Shown: in pieces, positions 22,101 to 30,920 of the stretch
Layout of the letters: the number at the start of each line of letters is the position of its first letter
How positions within the stretch are numbered: the stretch's first letter is position 1
Assembly: GCA_002633005.1 (NCBI GenBank)
Contig: NMRA01000071.1
Span: 888,970 to 946,793 of the forward strand
Direction of reading: 5' to 3'
Length of the DNA stretch: 57,824 bases
Source: Phoronis australis
Lineage: Eukaryota; Animalia; Phoronida
The notes under the pieces: generated by a model
Seen by the model: only the letters and a program-made list of their open reading frames with translations
Told to the model about the DNA's origin: nothing
Databases searched by the model: none
Position numbers and translations under genes: made by a program

Positions 22101-24911
22101 TTTTCATTCTAAATTTTGGGCGTTTTCTACATTTTCACACATCACTAGACGTTAATTTCAACCATTTCCACTGTGCTATTTTGTTTATTCAGACATTGGA
22201 CAAAACAATGTGAGTTGGTGCACCGAAAACTCCCAAAGTATTTTGTTCTGGGACAGCAAAACTTTTATTGAAAGATTGGACTCATTTTATGCTGGTTATA
22301 AAGGGTGTCTCAAATTATATCTATGATAATTATGTTGAATATGACTAAATCGAAAAGGGGGTTATGCATTTAAAGCGGGTACAAACATTCGTTCCACCCA
22401 AAATGTCAACTTTTGATTTTTACCCCTACCGATATGCATGTTCATGTAAAAGACCATGCTGGAAACATAAAATGTGACGAACTCGTAGAAAGTTGTCGCA
22501 TCACAATAAAGGCCCCGAAATCACCTACATAATATAACAACAAAAGACCATTTTGAGGCCAATTTTTTCAAGGTAAACATTATAAATCAAAAGTTGGATT
22601 TCCCGTTGGACCTAGGAGCTTTATGCAATCTTTACTTGGAGTTAGGAGCTTTATGCAATCTTTACTTGGAGCTAGGAGCTTTACGCAATCTTTACTTGGA
22701 GCTAGGAGCTTAATGCAATCTTTACGTGGAACATAGATAATTTTCACGTTGCGTATAAAAATGTTGTACACTAATTTACTCTGATTAAAATGACGTCATT
22801 ACATGTCTAACAGTCAAAAGTATGATGATGGTGTATCCATGGGCATACGTGTTTGTCAATGACTTCATTCCAAATATTAACTGATGAGGTTCATCTTAGA
22901 CACATGTAGAACAGTATATGACTGGTCTTATACAGTTTGACGACGTGTCAAAACATGACGACCCCACTTCCCCAGTAGCCTCACTTCACGTTTTTTGAAA
23001 TGTACCATACCACAAGATGGCTACAATTTAATTAAATAAGACATCGCAGAAAAAATACAAAATCAAAACTTAAGGAGGATAGCATTCATGTTGGCTAATG
23101 GTTATAGTAAGAACTGCGGACTGTGATTTCAACACACGGTGGATGAGTAAAATTTCTACCCACTGGCTCGGTTATCTGACAGAATCACTTAAATATGTTT
23201 AATTGTTTTCGATTTAATCCAACTTAAAATGTGTCCCTAGTCTTGAGACACACTTTACATACGTTTTTATTGTTAACTAACCTTCGAGAAAACTACCATT
23301 GAGAAATAAATGCACGTGCAGACACCCAATTGTGCATATCAAGTTTATGAGTACAAAAGTTTGACGCCAGAATAGTTATGGCCCACATAGATATGGACCA
23401 CATAGATATGGCCCCCATAGTTATGGCCCCCATAGATATGGCCCCCATAGATATGGCCCCCATATATATGGCCCCCATAGATATGGCCCCCATATATATG
23501 GCCCTATAGATATGGTCCCCATAGATATGGCCCCCATAGATATGCCCCTGAAAGTGCCGTGAGCTTTAAAAAAATAATTGCAGGTGGTCTGATACACGTT
23601 GTATCAGACGTGCGCAGGCCTCGCATGTGGGCCCATTGCACTGATCACCTGGAAATATTTTTATGCTTTATTGATATATGCCGTGAGCTTGCTACATGCA
23701 CTCTTTTACTTATGTATGAAGGAAAAATGGGAGAAGAGAGTTGCTAACAAGAACCCTGAGTTGAAAAAGTTGATTGAATCAGGGACGGAGTTTGCAAAAG
23801 CTGAGTAAGTAATTCTATAAAGTAAGTCTGATCATCATTGCTATTTACGTTAATTTTTAGAATTGTATTTTTCAAAATAACAGCTCACATTTCAATGAGA
23901 ATTTATGGATGTTTTTTTCAGACGTAAGGCAAACCACGTATACACACGCGCACGCACATTCAGTAATCTAAATCACACGGTTGTTTAGATGAATATGCAA
24001 AGTTTCCCAGGAGAATTTTTCCAACAAAATCTCACGTTTGTTCAATATATATTATATATGGGGGAACCTGACAACTTAATACAGTCTCAGTCTGCCCAAA
24101 ATTAATTACTCAAACTTCTGGCGAGCATCGGATAACATAGTGCCGGTGATATAGGCGCGATTTAACATCGTTTGGGGTCATAGGAAATGTGAATATATGG
24201 GTCGGGGAACAAGACTCCTGCTGTAATGTTCCTGGATAAAGCACTAAACGCAGCAATAAATGAATAGTCATCACTGTTATATGTAGGTCTATGCATTCGA
24301 TAAATTTTGTTTCATTCGGTTTGCACACATTTATCTTTCATATAAGGCCTAGATTGTATGCATTAAGTTGTTTTCTTAAGTGGTAATGCGTGCTTGCCTG
24401 GACATTTTTTCTTCGAAAACTGTGGTCTACCCTTAAGTCGTCTTTGATACTCCGGTCTTCCACAAACCTTCAAATCGAAATGTGATCTAAGTTTAGCTTC
24501 ACAACTCGCTTGTACACGTGTATGTAAATGTAGACACATTCCCATCGACTTATTCCTCTCAGTTTAACGTTTTCAAAGCTTTACCAAATTCGTGTCATTG
24601 CCTTAATGTGTGTTTTGCATTGTCTTAGGAACAACTTCGCTCAACTTAAGGTGTTCTATCAAGAACTCAACCTCGAGAAGACTGCACAGAGTCCTGCTTA
24701 TCCAAGGGAAAACCTTCTGGGTGATTTGGGTGGACAGCTCGGTCTTTGGGTCGGTCTATCCATGTTGACACTGTGTGAGTGTATAGAGTTCCTCTGGATT
24801 GTTGGTGTCATCGGATTTCAGAACTGTAAGTCTTTCGTGAAACAGAGGCGAGAACGAGGCGCCACCGGTGAGGTCAAGAAAAAGGCAAACGGAAAGACGG
24901 ACGATTACTGA
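990..24911 (+). CDS. DEG/ENaC (amiloride-sensitive Na+ channel family) subunit with mucin-like and 2x PAN/Apple insertion; 5'-partial, 17 exons, about 790 aa in window
   Basis: Exons 990-1175, 3423-3884, 5062-5193, 11161-11226, 12059-12289, 13297-13380, 13778-13812, 14561-14605, 15656-15804, 17252-17358, 18833-18996, 19763-19855, 20161-20281, 21254-21326, 21899-21956, 23722-23804, 24629-24911. All are AG/GT bounded and join in one stop-free frame. Family motifs: FIVGCSWNGEDC, GNCFTFN, GLTLTLNIEQYEY, GIRVVIH, PYGNC, CxxxCxQ..CGC, CPEAC, KWP, LKVFYQELN, TM2 GDLGGQLGLWVGLSMLT. TM1 and the HG motif are not in the window. Confidence 0.85.
1440..2447. mobile_element. Degenerate TIR element with subterminal tandem repeats
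   Basis: cgccaaagggtccttaaacga vs reverse complement of tcgttttaaaacccttggcg; ttattcaacgcg-type motifs inverted at the two ends. Confidence 0.5.
1599..1700. repeat. 21-bp tandem repeat, about 5 copies
   Basis: ttattcaacgcgtactaatgc variants. Confidence 0.9.
3423..3884 (+). CDS. DEG/ENaC gene exon: mucin-like stalk plus PAN/Apple domain 1 (phase 1-1)
   Basis: acaacag/ ... aaag/gtgat; Thr/Glu/Pro-rich run followed by GDCPGNDI...SLTECAIICASNHACLSFVF...CFPKNSTC, a 6-Cys PAN/Apple pattern; 462 nt. Confidence 0.85.
5062..5193 (+). CDS. DEG/ENaC gene exon: Thr/Pro-rich linker (phase 1-1)
   Basis: ttttctag/ ... acag/gtac; (V)IPTTPPQTTITRTTLGVAQNLTMLDVTYSQDSTTPPWSLVTTT; 132 nt. Confidence 0.75.
5334..5453. 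repeat. Exact 60-bp tandem duplication
   Basis: atattaattaaatacatatagaagaccgctatattatcatcgagtacacgtgtggcaggc x2. Confidence 0.92.
5750..6690 (-). mobile_element. Second decayed Penelope-like fragment (GIY-YIG and 3' end), inverted
   Basis: ORF 6436-6624: IAEHKK...SGVSEHMW...LNSETNWTKRKIKEAMY, preceded by a YIG-like segment; the reverse complement of 5761-5825 is similar to 8893-8955. Confidence 0.6.
6837..6993. mobile_element. MITE, CATGCGCGCA family, spanning an assembly gap
   Basis: catgcgagcacc ... ggtgcgcgcatg with tttat on both flanks; contains an N-run. Confidence 0.6.
6849..6890. other. Assembly gap (42 N)
   Basis: Run of N in the sequence. Confidence 0.98.
7860..8960 (+). mobile_element. 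Decayed Penelope-like retroelement (RT C-terminus, GIY-YIG, 3' end)
   Basis: Broken frames give F..LN..EEFIEKAI, KKNVIYQI..DCGYS, RTLDMRIAEHKK, QILDSET...KI.EAM; boundaries approximate. Confidence 0.6.
8201..8325. repeat. 45-bp tandem repeat, about 3 copies, inside the Penelope-like remnant
   Basis: agatcatactcagcaaacgctgtgcccttc... at 8201, 8246 and 8291. Confidence 0.9.
9368..9432. repeat. Short tandem duplication
   Basis: atgaatggt(t/g)gctctcaatccatacagtt x2. Confidence 0.8.
9990..10092. repeat. Tandem repeat of about 38 bp
   Basis: gtgacggctatcgcacagattatagtgttcacgta variants, about 2.5 copies. Confidence 0.8.
10654..10715. repeat. 22-bp tandem repeat, 3 copies
   Basis: ctgtgttgcactata(c/t)tt.ccg. 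Confidence 0.85.
11161..11226 (+). CDS. DEG/ENaC gene exon: short Thr-rich linker (phase 1-1)
   Basis: ttttgtag/ ... gcag/gtaaac; (V)ENQTPLTSNTTAPSVEPTTEA; 66 nt. Confidence 0.75.
12059..12289 (+). CDS. DEG/ENaC gene exon: PAN/Apple domain 2 (phase 1-1)
   Basis: tctgtcag/ ... agag/gtataa; (G)LPGYTAQPGYCDDIYVLFAAIDNTSSPQECAKICDNIPKLCKGFVMTQNSLCKPIHAVCKGKILYSENNEHTLYIR; 6 Cys with a CxxxC core; absent from the ORF track. Confidence 0.8.
13297..13380 (+). CDS. DEG/ENaC gene exon: basic, probably helical segment (phase 1-1)
   Basis: tttctttag/ ... aaacc/gtgagt; (D)SKKRYAVLNKFKVKMLYAHDNILEKLN; 84 nt. Confidence 0.7.
13778..13812 (+). CDS. DEG/ENaC gene micro-exon with furin-type site RRRRR/S (phase 1-0)
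   Basis: tctgttttag/ ... agag/gtaagt; (H)RRRRRSIDLTE; converts phase 1 to phase 0 as the downstream exons require. Confidence 0.75.
14561..14605 (+). CDS. DEG/ENaC gene micro-exon with furin-type site RDKR/D (phase 0-0)
   Basis: aattgcag/ ... tcag/gtatgt; ATQILRDKRDTLTNQ; 45 nt. Confidence 0.7.
14797..15075. repeat. 15-bp minisatellite
   Basis: gtacagatatgccca variants; source of the spurious QYRYA and STDM ORFs. Confidence 0.95.
15656..15804 (+). CDS. DEG/ENaC exon: end of finger domain, beta3
   Basis: ttcggcag/ ... tc/gtaaat; TTPSYTDYTLRRKYSQEYAKLPPRDRVALAHQEEDFIVGCSWNGEDCDMS. Confidence 0.9.
17252..17358 (+). CDS. DEG/ENaC exon: GNCFTFN motif
   Basis: ttcacag/ ... tacg/gtaat; TIYQFQTYRLGNCFTFNHGRQNTTVRKISKSGPDY. 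Confidence 0.92.
17405..18315. repeat. 44-50 bp minisatellite with a divergence gradient
   Basis: atatactgcgcaggtgactgtatatgcaatatatcgctgtgaatct; clean copies at about 17680-18310, degenerate copies upstream. Confidence 0.92.
18833..18996 (+). CDS. DEG/ENaC exon: palm/beta-ball
   Basis: cctctag/ ... cga/gtaagt; GLTLTLNIEQYEYVPSITDTAGIRVVIHSKDVMPYPANDGITIAPGFASNVGIKR. Confidence 0.93.
19763..19855 (+). CDS. DEG/ENaC exon: start of thumb domain
   Basis: tgtttcag/ ... caag/gtaaga; RVIIRKPDPYGNCTRPEDALYKPKSYGYSVK. Confidence 0.92.
20161..20281 (+). CDS. DEG/ENaC exon: Cys-rich thumb
   Basis: tttgaag/ ... gacg/gtaact; ACLMDCLQRSVKEHCGCRYPSLLSDEEVTRMCDDMPGAHD. Confidence 0.9.
20660..21130 (-). 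mobile_element. CR1/L2-like LINE 3' remnant
   Basis: Minus strand at about 20910-20980 reads IAWNGLPLGIKSITVKRAFRSNL (WNxLPxxIK...F..L RT C-terminus); possible (ATT)n tail near 20665-20690; boundaries approximate. Confidence 0.45.
21254..21326 (+). CDS. DEG/ENaC exon: end of thumb
   Basis: tgtttcag/ ... ga/gtaagt; (E)LCFQRIHKKYIEDTLGCYCPEAC. Confidence 0.9.
21899..21956 (+). CDS. DEG/ENaC exon: beta10 and WP motif
   Basis: tgttttag/ ... agg/gtagat; (E)DVSYQMEVSTAKWPAVNNR. Confidence 0.88.
22606..22730. repeat. 30-bp tandem repeat, 4 copies
   Basis: taggagctttatgcaatctttacttggagc. Confidence 0.92.
23372..23548. repeat. 15-bp minisatellite
   Basis: catagatatggcccc, about 11 copies. Confidence 0.93.
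23722..23804 (+). CDS. DEG/ENaC exon: knuckle
   Basis: tatgaag/ ... ga/gtaagt; EKWEKRVANKNPELKKLIESGTEFAKA; phases 0-2 fit both neighbours. Confidence 0.8.
24629..24911 (+). CDS. DEG/ENaC last exon: beta11-12, TM2 and short C-tail
   Basis: gtcttag/; NNFAQLKVFYQELNLEKTAQSPAYPRENLLGDLGGQLGLWVGLSMLTLCECIEFLWIVGVIGF...KTDDY*. Confidence 0.95.
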
Positions 24912-27111
24912 GCACACGACACGTGGTTTACTACTACAATTAAGCGTGAGCTTTGTAGAAGCTAGAACTTTGCGAAAACGTGATCACGCAAGTCTTCGCG
25001 AGATATTACTGGGTATTACAAGCAAAGCACAAGTTTGGACTTGCTAGCATGATCGCCAGATTCTTGCGTCTACGAAAGTCATCATAGTTTGAAAGTCAAT
25101 GACCTCTTTCATCTTTAGCAAAATGGTAAAAGTAAAACGTGAATATAATGACGCAATATGTCGGGCCGAAGTAATAGCTTGCCTGCGTAATGAGCTTCGA
25201 ATTAGTTCAGATAACCCTTAATATATCTTTCTTGTTAGGAGCGGAAATCAAACGGGGAGTGTTTATTAAAAAGTTATGTAACACTCAGGTGTTAGCCTTG
25301 TAATGCCCTTAAAGAATTGTACCAACAAGTTTGTTGCACATGTAAACATTATTCTTAGAGATTGAGCTTGGAAAACGCATTGTCCTGATACTTATGCAGT
25401 TTTTAACGCTTGTGTTGCTTGCAGTTAGGGGGAACATTCCTTCAATAAACAAAATACGTGTCCCTAACGATACGGTGGTGATGGTGAGTATTTTCAGGTC
25501 GAAACTGACCTCAACGTTTATCGCCCAGGCATTTCTCAACAAGCACCCGTTGTGTAATTAAACGCACCGGGCGTTTTTTTTGTAGCTACATAGCGTTTAT
25601 TCACCTCTTGTCAACAGGAACGTTCATGGATACTCTTGCCGAACTTAGAGTTGCAGTTGTCAAATAAGCAGTAGCACGTTGCATCTCACTACGGCGACTG
25701 GGAACCACGCCACAATGTGCTCATCAAAAGGATAGTAAACCCTGTTTTGGTTATTAACATAATCTTAGTTCTGTCACCTGCTAACGTGTTATTGGTGTCA
25801 CACTTGAGGGATAAAAAGATTCAACAGAAAGCTTGTACTTTAGGCGTTAGAGATTGGATAGTAAGTTTCTTTCCCTACAGTTGTTGTGCAACTCGCCTAA
25901 AGCGTGTACGAGACTTTGCAAGGAGTTTTTAAACTTTGCTCCTAATTCTTGAGGGCTATCGATGGTTAGAGAGTATTATTTTATTTCAGAAAACTCATTG
26001 GTTTGATAGGCTTTTGGAAATCTCTTAACAGGCCAAAACAGGCTTTAGTATCCTTTTTACTATAATCTGAACTCTCCCATATTACTTTTTGTGGTGAATA
26101 AAACTATAAATTCAACTTAGTGAATTACTAACAAATACGCAAAACGTCTTCCATTTCGAACATCCGGTTCCTCCGTAGATTTCACATCGACTTATGACCT
26201 AAATACATCACAGCCTTACAAGTAGCGCCACCATCTGAGAGGAGGTCAAATACAGCGTAATAACATGGATGACTGTAATGCCAGTGTGTCCTCTGATGCT
26301 TACAAAATACTTTGTTTCGCTTGCATAAAAATAAGGTGGGGCAAGTGTATATTCATTATATATTCCATACTACTATTGGCAAGTGATGATCGGAGAACAG
26401 GGGTCAGTACTGCAGTAGAATATTAATAGTAACAGGCCTACCTATTAGGAATAGTAACTAGTAGTTGACAATGCTGAGGCCCACGGCATTGTCGTATGTG
26501 TCTCATTCGGTAGTGGCTGCACATCTTCTGCCAGGAATGTAACAAAATTGAAGTGGAGTTGCATCAGCTGTGTTTGGTTAAAGAAGACTCGTCTGTGTGT
26601 AGTCTACAGTTCAGGTTACAGGGTCAGACCCAGTGTACTGGTCAGCTGGCCTTGTTTACTATGTGAAAAGTGGGGTGAGATAGCACTTACATGGCCAGGT
26701 AGAATGTTTGCAAGCTTTCACAAGCCAATGATGTTGTTTGTTGGCGTGTAGGCTATTTCTCAGTGTATGGTTCAATTTTAGTTGTGCGAGTTGGGTGCAG
26801 AGTATGCATAGATCTGACCTAGCAGGGAAAGCCTGAGAAGAGCTACATAACCTGCAATTGTGTATTCGCCATATCCAAGAGGAACAATTCACTTATCAAC
26901 TAAAATAAAAACTGTTGTTTTAGTGTAAACAGTCTGATTTGATGTGTTAGTATCAAGTTCCCAGGCACTACTCTGCATTATCACAGGATACGCGTGCCTC
27001 TTGCTGAATAATATGTACCCTAAACAGGGATTATTGAGTCAAATTCTTTCTCAGAACATTAAACGAACCTTATTTTTGATACATTCCGCTGTACCCACAC
27101 AGCTTGTTTCC

Positions 27112-27314
27112 CATGCCCGCATACAAGGGGCTCTGGAGCTCAAACGAGCCCCCTATTTGGCGTAGTAGGCAAAAAGGTTTGCCCCAGAGAAACAAAAACT
27201 CCGAAAAAAGTAAAAATTGATACAAAAGTCCACTTCCACCAATCTTTTCTTAGTTATAGGTACACATTCTCATAAATTCGAGACCCCCATTTTTAGGCTG
27301 GGTGCGCGTGCATG
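27112..27314. mobile_element. MITE, CATGCGCGCA family
   Basis: Reverse-complement similarity to 33132-33384; ends tttttaggctgggtgcgcgtgcatg. Confidence 0.6.
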
Positions 27315-30300
27315 TACTTGCTAAACTCCACAATCTATCAGAATGTGTGTCTGTCTTTCATACTAACTACTTGTGGAAAGTAGTCTCATTTTTGTCTGGC
27401 AGAACTCTCTTTGAAGCATAACTTCTAAGGGGCATGTCTTTGTAACATCAGAGTTGCTGTACTATTGTATTAGTCCTGGTGAAGACCCAAGCAGATCGTG
27501 TTTAAATTGCAAAACTTAAAATTAAGGGCTACCGTGAACCTGTTAAACTATATTTTGATAACTTTGGGGATTAGCATTTACCCTGAGATACAGTTTGAGG
27601 TTAATGTCCAAGGAGTTGTAATGATGCCAATGTCTTCTTATGAAATGGTCAATAGCCATATAACATTGATTGATTAGTCTGAAGTAGACTAATTATATGC
27701 AGTATAAATGGGAAAACTTGTCTTGGTAACATTTTCAGTGTACCAAATTGTGGCGTATGTTACGTCGAACCACATACATTATCCCTGACGAGTATTGTTT
27801 TCAATATTGCAGTTATTTCAGAACATTTGTATTGTAAAGTGCTAGGTCTCATAGCTGAGATACCTGTATTGACATGTATTGTATAATGTATTTTAAACAT
27901 GGAATGTTGTTTTCATACAATATATGAATTGTGTGTTAAAATTACAATGCTTATAATGTCTTTTGAACTGATGTGTTACAAAGTTAGAATAAAAAATGAA
28001 ATTGAGTCACATTATTTATTATTACTCTACTTTTGTTTATGTAGTGAAAATTATTTATTATTCATATTTATTTTATTCCGTGTCTTTTAGCAACAAAAAC
28101 TAGGATATAAATATCACGTAATATATGGTAGTATATTATGCTAAAATATTATATAAATTACTATTGTATTTATTAGAATCTGTAGCTATACTTACAAAAC
28201 CATGCGGAAAATGTCATTCTATTGAATTCAGGTGGTTGCTTTCAAACTATTCTTAGTTAATTACAGTTATATATTATCATAATTGCATAAACTTCGACGT
28301 AAATACAAATGATGTTTCCTCACGACTGATATTGTATTGTATTGCTATTTTTTAATGTTTATTACGAAATCTTCAGAATACAATGAATATACATAACCCA
28401 GAAAGCGCCAAGAGGCATTAGATCTGGGTAAAAAATACAAAGAAGTCTATATACAATGATTATATACGAATACATAAATAAAACAAACTGATGTTAAGAA
28501 TACAATGATATATGACAACGAATGAAAATAATTCATTTTCATACAGACGTATAAAATTCTATCCACTCACACAAAGAGATTTAATGTTATAAAGAAATTC
28601 TGATACTATTGTATTGCTATGCTTACAAAGGGATCTAAAACTTTTGTTATTCAGTTGAATTGTGTTTGCTTTCATTTTAGTCTTATTGCATCACATTAAT
28701 TATTGTATTTGCAAAACAACATCAAAATTATCTTTTCCTCAAGTAATTTATTAACGGTAATTCCTCAAAATTGGTTTTATGTCTAGAAATCTTGTTTTTA
28801 TCCAAGGTAATTACAATCTTCACCCCACGCTCAGGCTTGGCTTGAGGGTCTCCGAATACAGCTTGGGCTCCACCTATTAGGTGACGCTGTGACAAGGCAA
28901 ATTACACTAGGACGTTCATCTTGGGATATAGTATCTTTCAACACGGCGACGGTGGAGTGTTTTGATTAAATTATGAAAGGAGTCGAGTCTGACATCTTAA
29001 ATTTGTTGTCTTCCATCGTTATAATATGTTCGAGATGTAGGCGTTGTAATTATTGATTCATAATCAGCCTCATTACTCTAATTTTATATTACTTTTCGAA
29101 CGTACAACTTACATTTTTCCTGTCTGCCTTACCAAAACATACGCTAAGCAACATTAACCGTTACACACCACTGTGTTACAGCGTTATGTGATGTGTCATC
29201 AAATGTTTTTGTAGTAACGATATCTTCAGTAATAAAGAGACTACAAAACTTAACTGGATTTTTGACATACTTTAAATATACTCATGGCTTCATTTCTTGC
29301 AATGGCTTTGGAGAAAAAATGTGAATGTGTGACTTCATTTCTTCAACGACATCTACATGTACGATGCGTCCAGTTTTAAGATTCATACAACCTGTAGCGA
29401 AACAGATCGCTAACTGAAAGGAATTTCATCACGCAAAAGATTGAAACTCATGAAACACAAGTCATATCCTGACAGGATAGTGAGGTTGGCCTTCAATGAC
29501 TCGCTTCCGTACATATTAGCAACACTGGCAGCAGACTCGTGTTGTTGTGTCAGATTCATGTGTGTTTGGAGAGTGAGTTGGAGGGTAAACCTGAAATGCG
29601 GGCATCTACTGGCTGGGTTGAGTCAAATTTGCCTAAGGATTTTACGGTCGGTTTTTATCTCGCTCCAGCATGAACGTTTACACTCCAGACTGAACGAGAA
29701 CGCAACACAGTATGCACATCCATTATTTGCTGCATGCTGTAAAAGTTGCGCTTCTTAATTCACACGATTCTAATATTGGATGTCAAAACAATACAACTGC
29801 TACAGATTTTTTTCATAGGACACACAAGAAATTTCTGCATTAAAAATCACAAACAAGACACACGATAGAAAACCTTTTCATACCAGGCCTTATAGAAAAT
29901 AGATTCTCTACCGACTTCGATCTTCGAAGTACACGGCAATGGAGAACAAGACATATTTTTATTTTTGCCACGCATTTAAAAAGGCATTGGCTCGTTTAGA
30001 ACTTCCTTTCAGAACATATTGTTGACTCCATACGCTATTTGATTAAAAAATGATCAATTTTAGAACTCAAAATTGCTTCTGCAAAGCTCCCAAATGGTGT
30101 GTGAGGCATCTATTTTACTAGATTAAAAACGAAAATGAATCACTTTTTAATCAACGTTATCCTGACTGCACAATTTCATTTCCGCTGAAAGTGACCTACG
30201 CTTTAAGCGAGTTACACGACACATGTGTTGAGATACACGTAACGAGAAGTATAATGGGCAGTCTGTGACAGAGGAGTATAAGGTCCTAGTTCAGTTCTTC

Positions 30301-30920
30301 TTAAATAACTCAAGTGGAGTGCCAATGATGCATTACCAGATAATTGAACGAGAATTGGTTGAAACCACCAAAACATGGTTTGGTGTCCTTTTAACAAAAA
30401 CTTATGCTTTCAATAACTCGAGTATTTTCACCGAAGTGTTTTTGAACCATTCAAAAGTACTTTGTTTTCTAGATATTTCGCAAACTTGTCTATTAAAGTA
30501 AATGACCATCTACGAATTAACTCAGAATCGTCCAAAATTAAACACATACGTAAAGTACGGAAGTAATTTGAGTATGAATGGCGTATCGAAAGCTTTTTCA
30601 AAATCAATCAGTAAGAGGTAGCAATGATGCTTTTGTTCATTATCACGCAGACAAAACATGCACTGTAGGCTGATTGTGACGTCAGATCACACGAATAGCT
30701 ACACGTACCTTACCGTGGTAACACAACGCATTGTCACATGATACATCTGAGGTCAAGTTTGTTTAATCACGGTATAAAAACGGTTATAGTTTTAACTTCA
30801 TATATTTCCTCGTTGATTTGGATATTTGAAGGTAGGCCTACAGACATATGTTGCAAGTAAACTAGAGTAGACAACTCAAAACAAATACATGTATACAATT
30901 AGTACAGGACCCTTATGCCA

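Noticed and set aside
23293-23493. MGAIS-repeat ORF
   Set aside because: Translation of the 15-bp minisatellite.
27784-27812. ctgacga followed by a stem-loop, hammerhead-like
   Set aside because: The stem is not followed by GAAA, so the catalytic core is incomplete. Similar partial hits at about 4584 and 22882 also fail.
25000-30900. Several 60-105 aa ORFs in the intergenic region, and AATAAA candidates at 25444 and 26097
   Set aside because: No recognisable domains or consistent exon chain, and the true polyA site cannot be chosen from sequence alone.
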